Virus record (IMG/VR): IMGVR_UViG_3300005286_000037
Location: 1 to 46,340 of that record
From: a virus
Taxonomy: Duplodnaviria; Caudoviricetes
DNA: 46,340 nt
Strand: one strand, 5' to 3'
Of this stretch, positions 8,378-18,488 are shown piece by piece (within the stretch, counting starts at the first letter, position 1; each line of letters opens with the position of its first letter). Made by a program: the position numbers and the translations under genes. Below the pieces are notes generated by a model. The model worked only from the letters and a program-made list of their open reading frames with translations, was not told the origin of the DNA and did no database searches.

Positions 8378-9148
8378 CTATGAGGCGATGTAGCCGGGTC
8401 GGATCAGGGCCGTGCCCGTCCAAGTCGAAGCGAAATTGCTGTTGTCGCTGAGCGAGCACTGATTGGAGCCGCCACGCTCCTTGTTGACGTTGCCGCCCGC
8501 CTTTCGTTGGATCATGTGCGCGGGATGGCCTAGTGCCGAGTCAGATCCGCCGCCATGCGTCCAACCGGGGCGCTTGCCGCCGTTGGGAAGCCACACCTGA
8601 TTACCTGGCGCCCAGGTGATCTGAGTGGGGCCATCAAAAACTGACTGCCAGCGACGAAGCCTGATCTGCGTGCCGTTGAGCCCGATCTCGAAAAGCCGAC
8701 GCCAGAGCGTCGTTATCTCGGCCGGCATCGTGCCGCCCGGAAGCGGCGTTTGTTGCGTCGGAATGCTGTTCGGAACATCTATGCCCAGCAGCGCCGTAGG
8801 GGCCTTGGTGCGATTCACAGTCAGACGAACGTCGATGTAGTTTACGCCGCTCGGTACAGTCCCCAACACTTGGTCGGGCAATGTTCTAGGCGAAGGCTCT
8901 CCCGGCCCCCACTCCTGCGGAATGATCGTCGAGAAGCTGGCACAGCTGGTATTCGCAATGATGCCGCTCTGAGGAGCAAAGCAATATGCATTGCGCTTGA
9001 TGAAGTCCGGAAATGCGATGGTGACAGGGATCGTCAACCAGTTCGCCTGCGGCAGAAGATTGATCGGAGGCCCGTCGCTGGACCAGACCCTCCTTGTGCC
9101 ATCAAGCAGCTCAATGTGGCCATCGCCTTTTGGCTGAAGCCTGCCCAT
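8378..9148 (-). CDS. Putative minor tail protein
   Basis: Coupled to neighbours in the tail operon; beta-rich composition; no recognisable family. Confidence 0.55.
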   Translation of the reverse strand: MGRLQPKGDGHIELLDGTRRVWSSDGPPINLLPQANWLTIPVTIAFPDFIKRNAYCFAPQSGIIANTSCASFSTIIPQEWGPGEPSPRTLPDQVLGTVPSGVNYIDVRLTVNRTKAPTALLGIDVPNSIPTQQTPLPGGTMPAEITTLWRRLFEIGLNGTQIRLRRWQSVFDGPTQITWAPGNQVWLPNGGKRPGWTHGGGSDSALGHPAHMIQRKAGGNVNKERGGSNQCSLSDNSNFASTWTGTALIRPGYIAS

Positions 9149-9987
9149 TAAACACCTATCGCGATGTAGGAGGGCGCCGCGAAACTTCCGGCATATCCAG
9201 GCTCAGTAATCAGCGTTCCGCCCGTCGCTTGGCGCAGGCGACCGCCACGGACGTCCCCTGTCCTTCCACGATCAATTGCGAAGGAGCTTTCTCCCGGCAG
9301 CACGCGGCGGATATAGCGCTTGGAAGTGTCCACCTTACCCTTCGCGATGACCAGATTGTTTCCCTCCATACCCATCAGCGGGCGGCCGGACTGGGCTGTC
9401 GGGATGCGACAGATCAACAACTCGTAACTCCTCGAAATAGCGGGAAGGCTGCTCTGGCTGGACGTGGCGGTTTCCCGCAAGCCGATGATAGATGACGTGG
9501 CGAACGCATGAACCAGTCGCCCGCGACCTTCCGACAGGGTTTGGATCGTCAGGCCGGGTAGAAGCACCTTGCCCTGCGAAGCGATGAAGAACACCGGAAC
9601 GTAGCCAAGGTTGTGGGTGTACAACACGATATCGGTCGTGCGGACTTGCCCGTTCTTTTGGACATAGATGACGCCGCCCGCCGGTGTGGTGACACCACCA
9701 TTACCGGTCGGGGCTGATGTGGCGTTGTTGAACGGCCCGTTTGGCCCAATGCCATCATAGCGAACCTGCCCTGCCAAGGCGGTGTGATTGACCGTCGTGA
9801 CAATAGGATTCATGGCCAGTTCGTATTGGAAAAACTCGCTGTGCCAATAGAGCTGCGGCAGGTGCGCCACGGGGTTCTTTGCCGGTGCATTGCGCGGAGC
9901 GTCAAAGCTGCGGAAGTCGCCGGTAGTGTTGGGCTCGTCATAGATGGCGACGACGTTCTGGGCTGCAAAGCCCTGCGCTACCCTCAT
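9148..9987 (-). CDS. Putative minor tail protein
   Basis: Overlaps the tail-tip gene (ATGA); contains a THNLGYVP motif seen in tail-tip accessory proteins. Confidence 0.55.
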   Translation of the reverse strand: MRVAQGFAAQNVVAIYDEPNTTGDFRSFDAPRNAPAKNPVAHLPQLYWHSEFFQYELAMNPIVTTVNHTALAGQVRYDGIGPNGPFNNATSAPTGNGGVTTPAGGVIYVQKNGQVRTTDIVLYTHNLGYVPVFFIASQGKVLLPGLTIQTLSEGRGRLVHAFATSSIIGLRETATSSQSSLPAISRSYELLICRIPTAQSGRPLMGMEGNNLVIAKGKVDTSKRYIRRVLPGESSFAIDRGRTGDVRGGRLRQATGGTLITEPGYAGSFAAPSYIAIGV

Positions 9988-12422
9988 ACGCCAAGCCTCC
10001 AGTCCCCCGTATCGCCATTGAGGTAGATGCGCGGAACGCCGCTAACCTTCGCGATGCTCTGGAACAGTCTGAATTCGCCCTGGTTGAACCGGACGCCGGT
10101 GGGTGTCGCGCTGAACACCGGAATAGCAGGCCCGTTCACGCTCTCGAAGACATGGAAATCACCGAGCACTCCGAACTGCTGCTCAGTGCCGCCAAGGCCA
10201 TCCGCCTCAGCACGCAGTATCCATGCCGCTTCCGAAAGGTCTGATCCCGACGTAGCGCGGACCTTTGCCGTGATCGTCGCTGTCGATGCCAGTTCATTGA
10301 CCTCGGCTTCGAATTTGAGGAAGCCGCCCGCAATGACATCGTCGAGTGATGCCAACACTTCGGTCAGCGCCTCGGCACGCGCCCTGCTCTCTTCAACGAT
10401 CGCCTTTTCGTTGCGGATAACCGCAGCAACCGCGCCTTCGTTCTGCACGCTGAGGATGTTCAGCGTTTCCTTTGCAGTCGCATTGAAGTCCATGACAGCG
10501 AGCGCGAGCTGCTGGGCATAGGCCTGCAGTTCCGCAAGTCGACCAGGGATATCGGTAACGTCCGTACCCACGACCAAACCATGGGCGGCCTGAAGCTCTT
10601 TACCGAGTTGGGCGACCTGGATGTCGGTTACGTCTACTTCCGGGACGTATGGTGTCGTGACCGAAATCCAACTGCCATCCGTTCCGTCAACATCCTGATT
10701 GGACCAGCGGGTAACGCGCCCCGAGTGCGGCAGGTAGATGCCCCGAACTTCATAGGCTTTACTCGAGAGGATGGCCGGGTTCGCCACCACGCGAGAGGGC
10801 GAGACTTCCTCAACGTCGTAATCGATATTCACATCGGCCACGACGGCCTTGTCGTCCCAGCTCTCCCGAACCTGCACACGGACTGCGCGCACGTCGACAA
10901 GGCCGGCATCCCAAAGCACTTCGATAGCAGCTCGGCGATCAGCGCCGTTGTCATCCACCACCACATATGGCGCGGCAGTGAATCCCGTTGTGACCTGAGG
11001 TGCAGGCCGCGCAATGACCAGCGGCGAGAGCTCAACGGGCAGTTCATAGTCACTGTCCCAGCCGTAGTCATCCGGGTCAATTTCCTGCCAGCCGACGAAC
11101 TGGTTCGCATTTGGCAGGTCATCCATGACGGTTATCAGGAACGACTTGGCCACATACCCATTTCGGATGCTTGTCCAGGACACCACGTCGAGGGGCTCGT
11201 ATTCCCAGAACTCAGGCGGCATGGTTTGCGTATGCCGACGAAAACGGCGGGCATCCTCAATAGTGGTCCGCATAAGGTCTTGAACCTGAACAGCCCACGG
11301 AACGGCCTTGAACTGCGTAGAGAATACCAGCCGTCGCCCGTCGTCTGTTGCCTCAAGGTCGCTACGGTACCGCGGCGGGGCTTCCTTCATCTCCCAAGCC
11401 TCTGCTGGCTCGGGATAGGTCGCCACCATGGCATTGTGCAGGTCTTCCAAGCCGGGGAATGGCTCAAAAGTCTGCTGGTCGGTGATCACCATGTCTTCGT
11501 CGGTGACCGAAACGACAGCGCTGCCGGGGTCGCCAACAAGGAACCGATAGACCCCTCCAAGGTCAGCCCAGCGACCAGCGCATGCCTTCAGAAGCTCGCC
11601 AATGACCGCATGTGGCTCTTCATCGAGAGCAACGTCGAGGCCGACGCGGTATCGCTTGACCGAAGTGCCCGCGCGGAAAGCATCGCACTTGTCGGCCTCC
11701 GCGGCGAGGTTTGCAGCCCTGAAATTTCCCGCCGTATAGCCTTGCGGGCCATACACCCACTCCCCTGCATAGCTGATGCCGCGGAGTATCGTGTATGCTG
11801 CCACAATGGGGTTGTCGTGTTGGGCGGTCCCGCCCCTGGGGTCATCAAGTGTTATCCCGTCAACCTCGGCCAGGTACTCTGGGAATCCAGAGAAAAGCTC
11901 GCGATTGACCAGCGCCGTGGCGACGAAATAGCCGCATCCCCGCCCGACCATGCCAGCATATGGCTTGTCGGTGGCTGAGCCGAACTTCGAGAGCATCAGA
12001 GGGTCTTCGGCCGTCTGTGCCCCGGTGTAGGGGTTGATCCACAAGTGATCCTTCCCGTTTACCCGATACTCAAGCACGGCATAGCCAAGGTTGCCGGTCT
12101 TGCTCCCGGCAAGGGTCACCTTCTCCCCATTCACGAAGAAGGCAGAGAACCCACGAATGGGGAGGCAAGAGACCTCGATGACCTTTGAATAGTAGGCATT
12201 AGGGACTTCGCCGTCATTTCCCCACGTGCCTGCATATCGAAGCTGCCCTGCTGTGCCGTAGCGGCCCAGGACAAAACGGGGCGAGAGATCACCGCCGCTT
12301 TGCAGCGTGCCCCGAACCCCCGAAACCTTCTGCTTCTGATCCTGCTTGGATGTAGCCGAGAACAGCTGGCCAGCGACGGAAAGAACGACGCCGACAAGAA
12401 TTTGTATCAGCCAAATGGGCAT
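9984..12422 (-). CDS. Tail tip / host-specificity (lambda J-like) protein
   Basis: 812 aa with PRFVLGRYGTAG N-terminus, tail-hub core, Fn3-like segment and C-terminal coiled coil. Confidence 0.82.
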   Translation of the reverse strand: MPIWLIQILVGVVLSVAGQLFSATSKQDQKQKVSGVRGTLQSGGDLSPRFVLGRYGTAGQLRYAGTWGNDGEVPNAYYSKVIEVSCLPIRGFSAFFVNGEKVTLAGSKTGNLGYAVLEYRVNGKDHLWINPYTGAQTAEDPLMLSKFGSATDKPYAGMVGRGCGYFVATALVNRELFSGFPEYLAEVDGITLDDPRGGTAQHDNPIVAAYTILRGISYAGEWVYGPQGYTAGNFRAANLAAEADKCDAFRAGTSVKRYRVGLDVALDEEPHAVIGELLKACAGRWADLGGVYRFLVGDPGSAVVSVTDEDMVITDQQTFEPFPGLEDLHNAMVATYPEPAEAWEMKEAPPRYRSDLEATDDGRRLVFSTQFKAVPWAVQVQDLMRTTIEDARRFRRHTQTMPPEFWEYEPLDVVSWTSIRNGYVAKSFLITVMDDLPNANQFVGWQEIDPDDYGWDSDYELPVELSPLVIARPAPQVTTGFTAAPYVVVDDNGADRRAAIEVLWDAGLVDVRAVRVQVRESWDDKAVVADVNIDYDVEEVSPSRVVANPAILSSKAYEVRGIYLPHSGRVTRWSNQDVDGTDGSWISVTTPYVPEVDVTDIQVAQLGKELQAAHGLVVGTDVTDIPGRLAELQAYAQQLALAVMDFNATAKETLNILSVQNEGAVAAVIRNEKAIVEESRARAEALTEVLASLDDVIAGGFLKFEAEVNELASTATITAKVRATSGSDLSEAAWILRAEADGLGGTEQQFGVLGDFHVFESVNGPAIPVFSATPTGVRFNQGEFRLFQSIAKVSGVPRIYLNGDTGDWRLGV

Positions 12423-13057
12423 CAGACGGTCGTCCCTTTGACTTCACCCCACCAGATAGGCCACTGCCCCGCGGTGCCGGCATACTTGCCCCAATTGTCC
12501 CCGGAACGGCGCCGGTAAAACTCGTGGCTCGCCTTGGCTGGATTGGTACGGGTCAGCTCCCTCGAGTGGCTGACGATGCGCAGCGTGACACTGCCTTCGC
12601 CGCCAACTCCCGGTGTGACGATCGGCGTGCCGTTGATCTGGCCGATGCGCCGGCAGCGCGGAGCAGCGACCAGCAGCATGCTGGTTGGATCGAGATAGCC
12701 GCGATGGATTTGCACCTCGGCATTCCGGCAATTGTAGCCCCTCACCATCTCCTGCACGCCGGGATGGAGATGGTTCAGGACGACTTCCGTGGTGTCGACT
12801 TCCACCCCGACCTTGTAAGGCACCGGGTCCATCCCCAGGATTGGGGAGTTGTCGCCGAGGAAAACCCAGCTGACGGCACTGCCCGACTTGCCGTCGGTGA
12901 TGTTGGTGGTGATATCCTCGCCATAGTCGGTGAAGCCAAAATTCACCGGGCTGCCATCCTCCATGTCGCGCACGGTAATGGCGATGAAGTTACGCGGGAT
13001 GACGCGCGAACGATCTCGTATCGCCCCCTGCGTGGCGACATCCAAAGGTCTAACCAT
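12422..13057 (-). CDS. Minor tail / baseplate hub protein
   Basis: Between distal tail and tail tip genes; ends in a WWG motif. Confidence 0.65.
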   Translation of the reverse strand: MVRPLDVATQGAIRDRSRVIPRNFIAITVRDMEDGSPVNFGFTDYGEDITTNITDGKSGSAVSWVFLGDNSPILGMDPVPYKVGVEVDTTEVVLNHLHPGVQEMVRGYNCRNAEVQIHRGYLDPTSMLLVAAPRCRRIGQINGTPIVTPGVGGEGSVTLRIVSHSRELTRTNPAKASHEFYRRRSGDNWGKYAGTAGQWPIWWGEVKGTTV

Positions 13058-13067
13058 GTGGCGTTAC

Positions 13068-13721
13068 CTATCCCGCTGCGAGTGTCTGACGGACGCGGAA
13101 TGAAATCCGGGTTCGATTGACGCTGTGGAACGACTGGCCAATGCTGCCTGGGATGATCTTCACCTTGGCAGCAGGCTTGCTGAAATCCACTGCTTGAGAG
13201 GCAGACACGCCGGGCCGAAGATGCGGGCGCACCTCCACGGCAGCCGTGGCGCCGCTACTGTTTGCCTTAACATCCGCCACCAGACGATAAAGCCCCTGCC
13301 GCGAACCGTACGCGACGGAGAACATGTCGCCAGCGGTTAGTTCATAGTTCGCCGGCAGCCCCGAGAAGCTTAGCTCTTTGCGGTTGGTCTCAATGCTTGC
13401 GATGACTGGCGTAGCAGAGCCGTAGAGCAGTCCCCGCGGATCCTTTGCGGGCCACCACCCGAGTGGATTAGCAAGGAAGAAACTCTGCACACCACCATCC
13501 AGCGCGTCGAGCTTAGCAGCTAGAGCGCGCGCTTCAGTGTGGAGCAAGGGCCGAAGAGAGACGCTTGCTTCCCACAGTGGCGGCGCAAGGTCCGCGACAA
13601 GCATTTCACCGGCGCCGGTCGCCGACATTTCCTGTTGGCGCGCCAGTTCCCAGACCACCGATTGGATCGGGAGAACGTCACCCAGCGAGGCTTGCGCGAG
13701 AGGGAAGGTCAAAGCCGCCAT
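13068..13721 (-). CDS. Distal tail protein
   Basis: Directly after the tape measure gene; PPLWEASV and LTAGDMFSV...LYRLV motifs. Confidence 0.7.
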   Translation of the reverse strand: MAALTFPLAQASLGDVLPIQSVVWELARQQEMSATGAGEMLVADLAPPLWEASVSLRPLLHTEARALAAKLDALDGGVQSFFLANPLGWWPAKDPRGLLYGSATPVIASIETNRKELSFSGLPANYELTAGDMFSVAYGSRQGLYRLVADVKANSSGATAAVEVRPHLRPGVSASQAVDFSKPAAKVKIIPGSIGQSFHSVNRTRISFRVRQTLAAG

Positions 13722-15589
13722 TAGCCATTCACCGGGATTGAGCTGGATGCGTGCTGGCGGATGATCGATGGCAACTCAAACCGCGACCATTGGCGGAGCT
13801 GCTGTACAGTCATTGCGTCCGCGTTCCCCTGGATGATGATGTCGCCGATTGATACGCCACCACGTCCGGGCGCCGCCTGCGGAAGCTTGGGAATGACGAT
13901 ACCGTCCGTGGTTGGCATCCAGTATTCACTGTTCGGCGTGTTCTCATTGATCTTGTAGATGCGACCAGATTGGACAGGCCCTCCGTTGGCGCGGCCACCA
14001 CCGAACAGGCTGCTAAAAATGTTGCCGCCCCCACCGCCGCCAAAGGCCCCCGCGAACAGTCCATCCAGGCCCGCATTGAGCAGCCGGCCGCCGATGTTAT
14101 TGAGCGCATTCCCCAACGCCTCGGTTGCGTCCTTGCCTGCAATCATGTCGCTGATGAAGCTGGATAGTGCGCTCTTGGCGATGCTCTGGAACTCGCGCAT
14201 CTGTTCGTTAGCCGCTTCAATAGCCGCCCGCTCCTCATAGGTTGCGTTGACGAGGTTCTCGATTGCGAGCCGCTGTTCTTCAGTTGCGGCTGCTCCGGCC
14301 TGCCGCAGAGCGTTGGCAACAGCCTTTTGCTGTTCGGTGAGCCCTAGCAGGGCATACTCGTGTTCGAGCGCGCTGATGAGATCGAGAACAGCTTGGCGTT
14401 CCCTGTCCTCCGCTTTCAGCCCAGCCCTGGCCGAAGATGCGATCTGCGACCGGCGCTCTTCGGCTGCCAGACGCCCCTGGGCCAGTTCCAGCGCCTGCTG
14501 CTCGCTGATTAGAACCTTGTTGCGCTTCGCCTCTTCCTTGACCCGGGCGATTTCGGTCTCGAGCTGCAGTTGCTCGCGAGTGAGGCCGTTCAGGCGCTGC
14601 TGTTCCTCGACATACTCCCGGTTGCGAATGAAATCGGCCGCCGGGAAGTTGGCATTGGCCAAAGCTTCTTGCTCACCCCGAAGCCTGGCAGCCTCACGGG
14701 AAGCTGTTGCGAGTGCATTGGCGATACTGTCCAACACGCCTTGAAGACTTCCGAGGGCAGGGATGGTGTTCGCGCCGGTCGTCTGGGCTAGCAGCTGCTG
14801 CATCCGCTCGAGATCCGCTGTCTCAACGGTTGTGCTCTCGACGCGCTGACGCAGCGTGTCGAATTCCGCCTGAAGAGCGTCGATCTCTTCAGCGCTCGCG
14901 CCAAAAGCGGCGAGATCCGTCCGGGCGGCTGCGAACTCCGCGCGAACGTCAGTCATCTGCGATTTGATCGCGGCAAACTGTTTCTCGATCACCGCCTCAT
15001 AGGCGGTGCTGAGATCTGCGCTCTGTGCCGCCCGGTCAAGCTGATCGACGTAAGCTTTCAGGGCAGGAACAGCATCCCCCCAATTATCTGCCACCCGGCG
15101 GATCACATCGTTCTGTTCCTTGATGACCTCGGTTGCGCTCTTGCCGTCACCCAGAAGCGTCCCGAGGTACTGCGCCGCCGCACCGCCCAGAGCAATGATG
15201 CCGATCGTTGCAATCGACACCGGATTGATCATCTGTAGGAAGCCAGCACTCAGCGCCGCGATCGGGCTCTTGGACTGGTTCAGCACGGCAGAGAGCTGAG
15301 TGCCCTGCTGCATGGCGATCAGGAACGGCGATTGCCCGCTCTGAAGCTGGACGGCGATATCTTGGAACTGCGCCGCGATGTTGCTGGTCTGCATGCCGAT
15401 CGGCTGCAAGCCACGCGCTGTATTTGCACCAGCGTTGCTGATGGACTTCGACATTCGATCGAAACGCTGCTGGACGCCCCTAACATTGGCGTCTGTCTGG
15501 CCCATCGCCTTCGCCCACTGGCGATCGTATTTGACAAAGGAGGCCTCCATCTGGACGATAAGGCGTTGAAGGTCTTGCTCTGTCGCCAC
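13721..15589 (-). CDS. Tape measure protein
   Basis: NIAAQFQDIAVQLQSGQSPFLIAMQQGTQ (lambda-type N-terminus), Ala/Gln helical body, GRANGGPV..G..Y.INE C-terminus. Confidence 0.93.
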   Translation of the reverse strand: MATEQDLQRLIVQMEASFVKYDRQWAKAMGQTDANVRGVQQRFDRMSKSISNAGANTARGLQPIGMQTSNIAAQFQDIAVQLQSGQSPFLIAMQQGTQLSAVLNQSKSPIAALSAGFLQMINPVSIATIGIIALGGAAAQYLGTLLGDGKSATEVIKEQNDVIRRVADNWGDAVPALKAYVDQLDRAAQSADLSTAYEAVIEKQFAAIKSQMTDVRAEFAAARTDLAAFGASAEEIDALQAEFDTLRQRVESTTVETADLERMQQLLAQTTGANTIPALGSLQGVLDSIANALATASREAARLRGEQEALANANFPAADFIRNREYVEEQQRLNGLTREQLQLETEIARVKEEAKRNKVLISEQQALELAQGRLAAEERRSQIASSARAGLKAEDRERQAVLDLISALEHEYALLGLTEQQKAVANALRQAGAAATEEQRLAIENLVNATYEERAAIEAANEQMREFQSIAKSALSSFISDMIAGKDATEALGNALNNIGGRLLNAGLDGLFAGAFGGGGGGNIFSSLFGGGRANGGPVQSGRIYKINENTPNSEYWMPTTDGIVIPKLPQAAPGRGGVSIGDIIIQGNADAMTVQQLRQWSRFELPSIIRQHASSSIPVNG

Positions 15590-15619
15590 GTGTTGAAGTC
15601 CTTCTGGGGAGAAAAGATC

Positions 15620-16129
15620 ATGAAATCTCTGGTTGGCAGCATCTTGCTACTGCTCGCAGGCACCCACATAGCCAATGCGGATGCTCCTCGCGTTGCATTT
15701 TCCGGCCTTGATACTGCCGCGCCCATCGACGCCAATCTTGATGCGCTGAACGATGTCAGCCGGGCGGAGTCCCCGAACTTTGATGAGTACTGGACGGGAA
15801 CAACTCCCGACGGTCTAGGAGTAATGCTGGGCCTGCGGGGCGGAGATCTGGCCCTGTTCTCCGCGTCAAAGCGAGGGCACTTCGGCCCAAACGACCGGGC
15901 AGATATCTCAGCCATGGAGAAGGATTGGGGGCTTGAAGGCCTTGAAAGAACCGTCAGCGGTTGCGGCGAGAGGGCCAAGGATATAGACTGTACAGCGGTC
16001 TTTTACGCCTGTCCGGACTCTCCACCACTTTGCCACATCACGGTATTCAGCTTCGGATCGTCGCCGGAGAGTGGTCGAATTAGGTTTTCATGGGAACGCG
16101 AGCCCAAGGATCTCACCGTCCGACCTTAA
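15620..16129 (+). CDS. Secreted/periplasmic moron protein, antisense to tail operon
   Basis: Signal peptide MKSLVGSILLLLAGTHIANA-D; RBS GGGGAG; sits between chaperone and tape measure genes. Confidence 0.7.
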   Translation: MKSLVGSILLLLAGTHIANADAPRVAFSGLDTAAPIDANLDALNDVSRAESPNFDEYWTGTTPDGLGVMLGLRGGDLALFSASKRGHFGPNDRADISAMEKDWGLEGLERTVSGCGERAKDIDCTAVFYACPDSPPLCHITVFSFGSSPESGRIRFSWEREPKDLTVRP

Positions 16130-16424
16130 AGCTCGTCCCATCCCAGTGCGCTCTCGGCATCTCGCAATCGACCGGAGCGTGCGAGGGCGCATCGATCCAG
16201 TCGAATAGGTCCTGCGCTTGCTGTTCGGTCAGCTTGCCGTCACTCGGACTATTAGCTGCGACATAGCCATTCCACGCGGCAGAGAACTGCCAGAGGCTTT
16301 GTTTATCGACTTCGGTGGGCGACATGCCCAAAACTGCGCCTTGGGCGTAGACGAGGCTTATTCGCCATTTTCCATTGGGGAGGTCTGGGAGCTGCTGCCC
16401 GCCGTCTCCCCTTCGGGCTCCCCC
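16113..16424 (-). CDS. Tail assembly chaperone frameshift extension (gpGT-like)
   Basis: Open -1 frame encoding GAVLGMSPTEVDKQSLWQF, reachable from GGGGGAG at 16424-16418. Confidence 0.7.
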   Translation of the reverse strand, partial: GGARRGDGGQQLPDLPNGKWRISLVYAQGAVLGMSPTEVDKQSLWQFSAAWNGYVAANSPSDGKLTEQQAQDLFDWIDAPSHAPVDCEMPRAHWDGTSFKVGR

Positions 16425-16744
16425 GGCGTTTCGTCGGGAACGCCCTGAAGTGCAACGCCGAGAATACCCTGCGCCAGCGCCAGGCTTTCCAGAGGCGGAC
16501 GGCATTCGACATAATCCCGCACAAAGCCGAGCGCTTTGTCTGGTGCCATGCCGCCACCGATCAGCCCGAGGCGAATGGTGTGGGAAATGTCTTCGATCTT
16601 CCACTGCCCCATCATCAGTCGGCGATACACGACGTAGGGGCCAGCGTCACAAGCCTCTTGGAGCTTGATCAACTCGCCCCACGCAAGGCGGAAGGTTTTG
16701 TCGCCGTCTGCGAACGGCAGGGTAACAGAAGCGTCTCTGCTCAT
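16358..16744 (-). CDS. Tail assembly chaperone (GTA gp10-like, gpG)
   Basis: FRLAWGELIKLQE, IRLGLIGGGM; follows the tail tube gene. Confidence 0.85.
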   Translation of the reverse strand: MSRDASVTLPFADGDKTFRLAWGELIKLQEACDAGPYVVYRRLMMGQWKIEDISHTIRLGLIGGGMAPDKALGFVRDYVECRPPLESLALAQGILGVALQGVPDETPGEPEGETAGSSSQTSPMENGE

Positions 16745-17190
16745 TAGCTAGCCGCCGCGAAGTTTTCGGCCATTTCGCCATCGCTCTGCATGGTGATGTT
16801 CGCAGTCACGCGGCGACCGTTCGGTGCGCCCCATTCAATGTTCTCAACATGCATGTTGCCCGTGAAGGTGAGGATGCCCGTTGGCATCTCGATCTCTACC
16901 TTGGCCGGCACACTCTCGACGTCCAGGAATGCATCTGTCCAAGTCTGAACCGACTCCGTGGCAAGCACGCCCTCGCCTTGGACAGTCATCGACAGCGAGG
17001 TGGCATCTCGCAGGAGCCATTGGACTTTGTCTGGCTCGTCGCAGCTCACGCCCGGCGTGTCTTCCAGCGCCTTGTTCAGCGTGACAGTCTTCGAGTTGAA
17101 GCCGCATGGTGCGGTGTAGACGATAGGGCTTGCGGAATTACCCAGCATTATGCGGACCTTGCCGCCTTTGATGGTCGTTGCGTCAGCCAT
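16744..17190 (-). CDS. Tail tube (major tail) protein
   Basis: APCGFNSKTVT, SMTVQGEGV, ANITMQSDGE motifs; RBS AGGAGG. Confidence 0.88.
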   Translation of the reverse strand: MADATTIKGGKVRIMLGNSASPIVYTAPCGFNSKTVTLNKALEDTPGVSCDEPDKVQWLLRDATSLSMTVQGEGVLATESVQTWTDAFLDVESVPAKVEIEMPTGILTFTGNMHVENIEWGAPNGRRVTANITMQSDGEMAENFAAAS

Positions 17191-17207
17191 AATGGCCTCC
17201 TTCATGT

Positions 17208-17639
17208 TCAGGGGATTTCCACCGTGGCGGTGAACTGGATTACGCCATGGTTGATGGCGGGATTCGGGTCATCGATGATCCGCGTCGTCTCCCACTGGAG
17301 GGTGACAAGAGCGGTCGTTGGCAGTGAAAGGTCAACATCATGGAGCGCGGCCTTGATGGCGCCGCAGATCTTGCGCACCTGGACGGTGCCAAATGCTTCA
17401 CCTGAACCACTCGACCAAACATCGAACTGGACGGTGATTTCTTCGCCCTTCACGCAGTCGAAGTCGTCAGGAATGGCGCTGCTCGACCCCATCGAAACGT
17501 ATGGAAACGGCACGTTGACTGTGCCGTCCTGCTCCTCTGGGACTCGGTCATAGATGTGAGTGCCCACAAGGGCGGTAACGGCTGAATCCGCCTTGAGACG
17601 ATCGAACATCGCCTTGATCAGCTCTACACTGGCATCCAT
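17208..17639 (-). CDS. Tail terminator / completion protein (DUF3168-like)
   Basis: LVGTHIYDRVP, FPYVSMG, FDVWS, HGVIQF. Confidence 0.85.
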   Translation of the reverse strand: MDASVELIKAMFDRLKADSAVTALVGTHIYDRVPEEQDGTVNVPFPYVSMGSSSAIPDDFDCVKGEEITVQFDVWSSGSGEAFGTVQVRKICGAIKAALHDVDLSLPTTALVTLQWETTRIIDDPNPAINHGVIQFTATVEIP

Positions 17640-17641
17640 GG

Positions 17642-18118
17642 CTATTCTCCAGATGCCGCGATAGCGCGGGCAGCGTTGCGAATTGCGCGGCTGGTGCGAG
17701 CCTTCGAACGCTTACGTAGCCTTCGATATGACGGGAAGAAAAACGGGCGGGCGGGCGTGCCTGGGTGTTGCGTTCCCGCATACATGCCACCTTGGACGTG
17801 CGCCGACGTGCCAAACTCAACCCAGCGCGCGTAGTAGGCGGTGCTATTACCGGCAAAGATGGTGATCACCATATTGCCCGCGCCCCTTCCCTCTTGGCGG
17901 ACTTCGCCCAGAACCATCGAGCCCTTTGGGGCGCCGCCCCATGACCAGCCGATCGACATTTGCAGGTCGCCGTCATCGACGGGAGCCAAAAACTTCGCCA
18001 GTTTGACGATCTCTTCGGCGTTCTGCTCCATTGCGCGTGCGATCTCCTGCCGCGCACGAAGCGGAAACGCCCGCATTTTGCGCTTGAGGCCTTCGGCGCC
18101 AATCACCTTCGTTCCCAT
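17642..18118 (-). CDS. HK97 gp10-like neck protein
   Basis: APVDDGDLQMSI, YARWVEFGT, PARPFFFP. Confidence 0.9.
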   Translation of the reverse strand: MGTKVIGAEGLKRKMRAFPLRARQEIARAMEQNAEEIVKLAKFLAPVDDGDLQMSIGWSWGGAPKGSMVLGEVRQEGRGAGNMVITIFAGNSTAYYARWVEFGTSAHVQGGMYAGTQHPGTPARPFFFPSYRRLRKRSKARTSRAIRNAARAIAASGE

Positions 18119-18119
18119 G

Positions 18120-18488
18120 TCAGGATACGCGGCCCTCAGTGACGATGAACTCAAGCCACTGACCTTTCCCGTCGGGATCGGCTGGCGGCGAAGTGACAGC
18201 CAACACGCGGGCCGGGTTGCGGGCATCTACCAGTTGCCAGGATACGGTGATCTGTCTCGTCACTGGCATGTTCAGAACGCACACCACATAGGGCTGGCGA
18301 CCGCCCAGACGCGCCGCTGTCACCTCTTCGCCACCAGTGCGGGGAATAAGGCTGGCAGCCACTTTCGCGACTGTCTCAAACTCACCACCACCGGGAACAT
18401 TGTTGCCCCAGCCGTCGTCGCTATCGCCACGGCGCTGCAGCAAAAAGGTCTGGTTCAGCGCGCCATGACGACGAGGCGATTTAGCCAT
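18120..18488 (-). CDS. Head closure / head-tail joining protein
   Basis: DDGWGN, GGEEVTAARL; canonical position. Confidence 0.8.
   Translation of the reverse strand: MAKSPRRHGALNQTFLLQRRGDSDDGWGNNVPGGGEFETVAKVAASLIPRTGGEEVTAARLGGRQPYVVCVLNMPVTRQITVSWQLVDARNPARVLAVTSPPADPDGKGQWLEFIVTEGRVS

Noticed and set aside
6070-9987. Diversity-generating retroelement or invertible tail-fibre switch
   Set aside because: No reverse transcriptase, no invertase, and no TR/VR pair or inverted crossover sites seen.
10581-11978. 465-aa ORF on + strand
   Set aside because: Antisense shadow of the tail-tip gene; no motifs; expected in GC-rich DNA.
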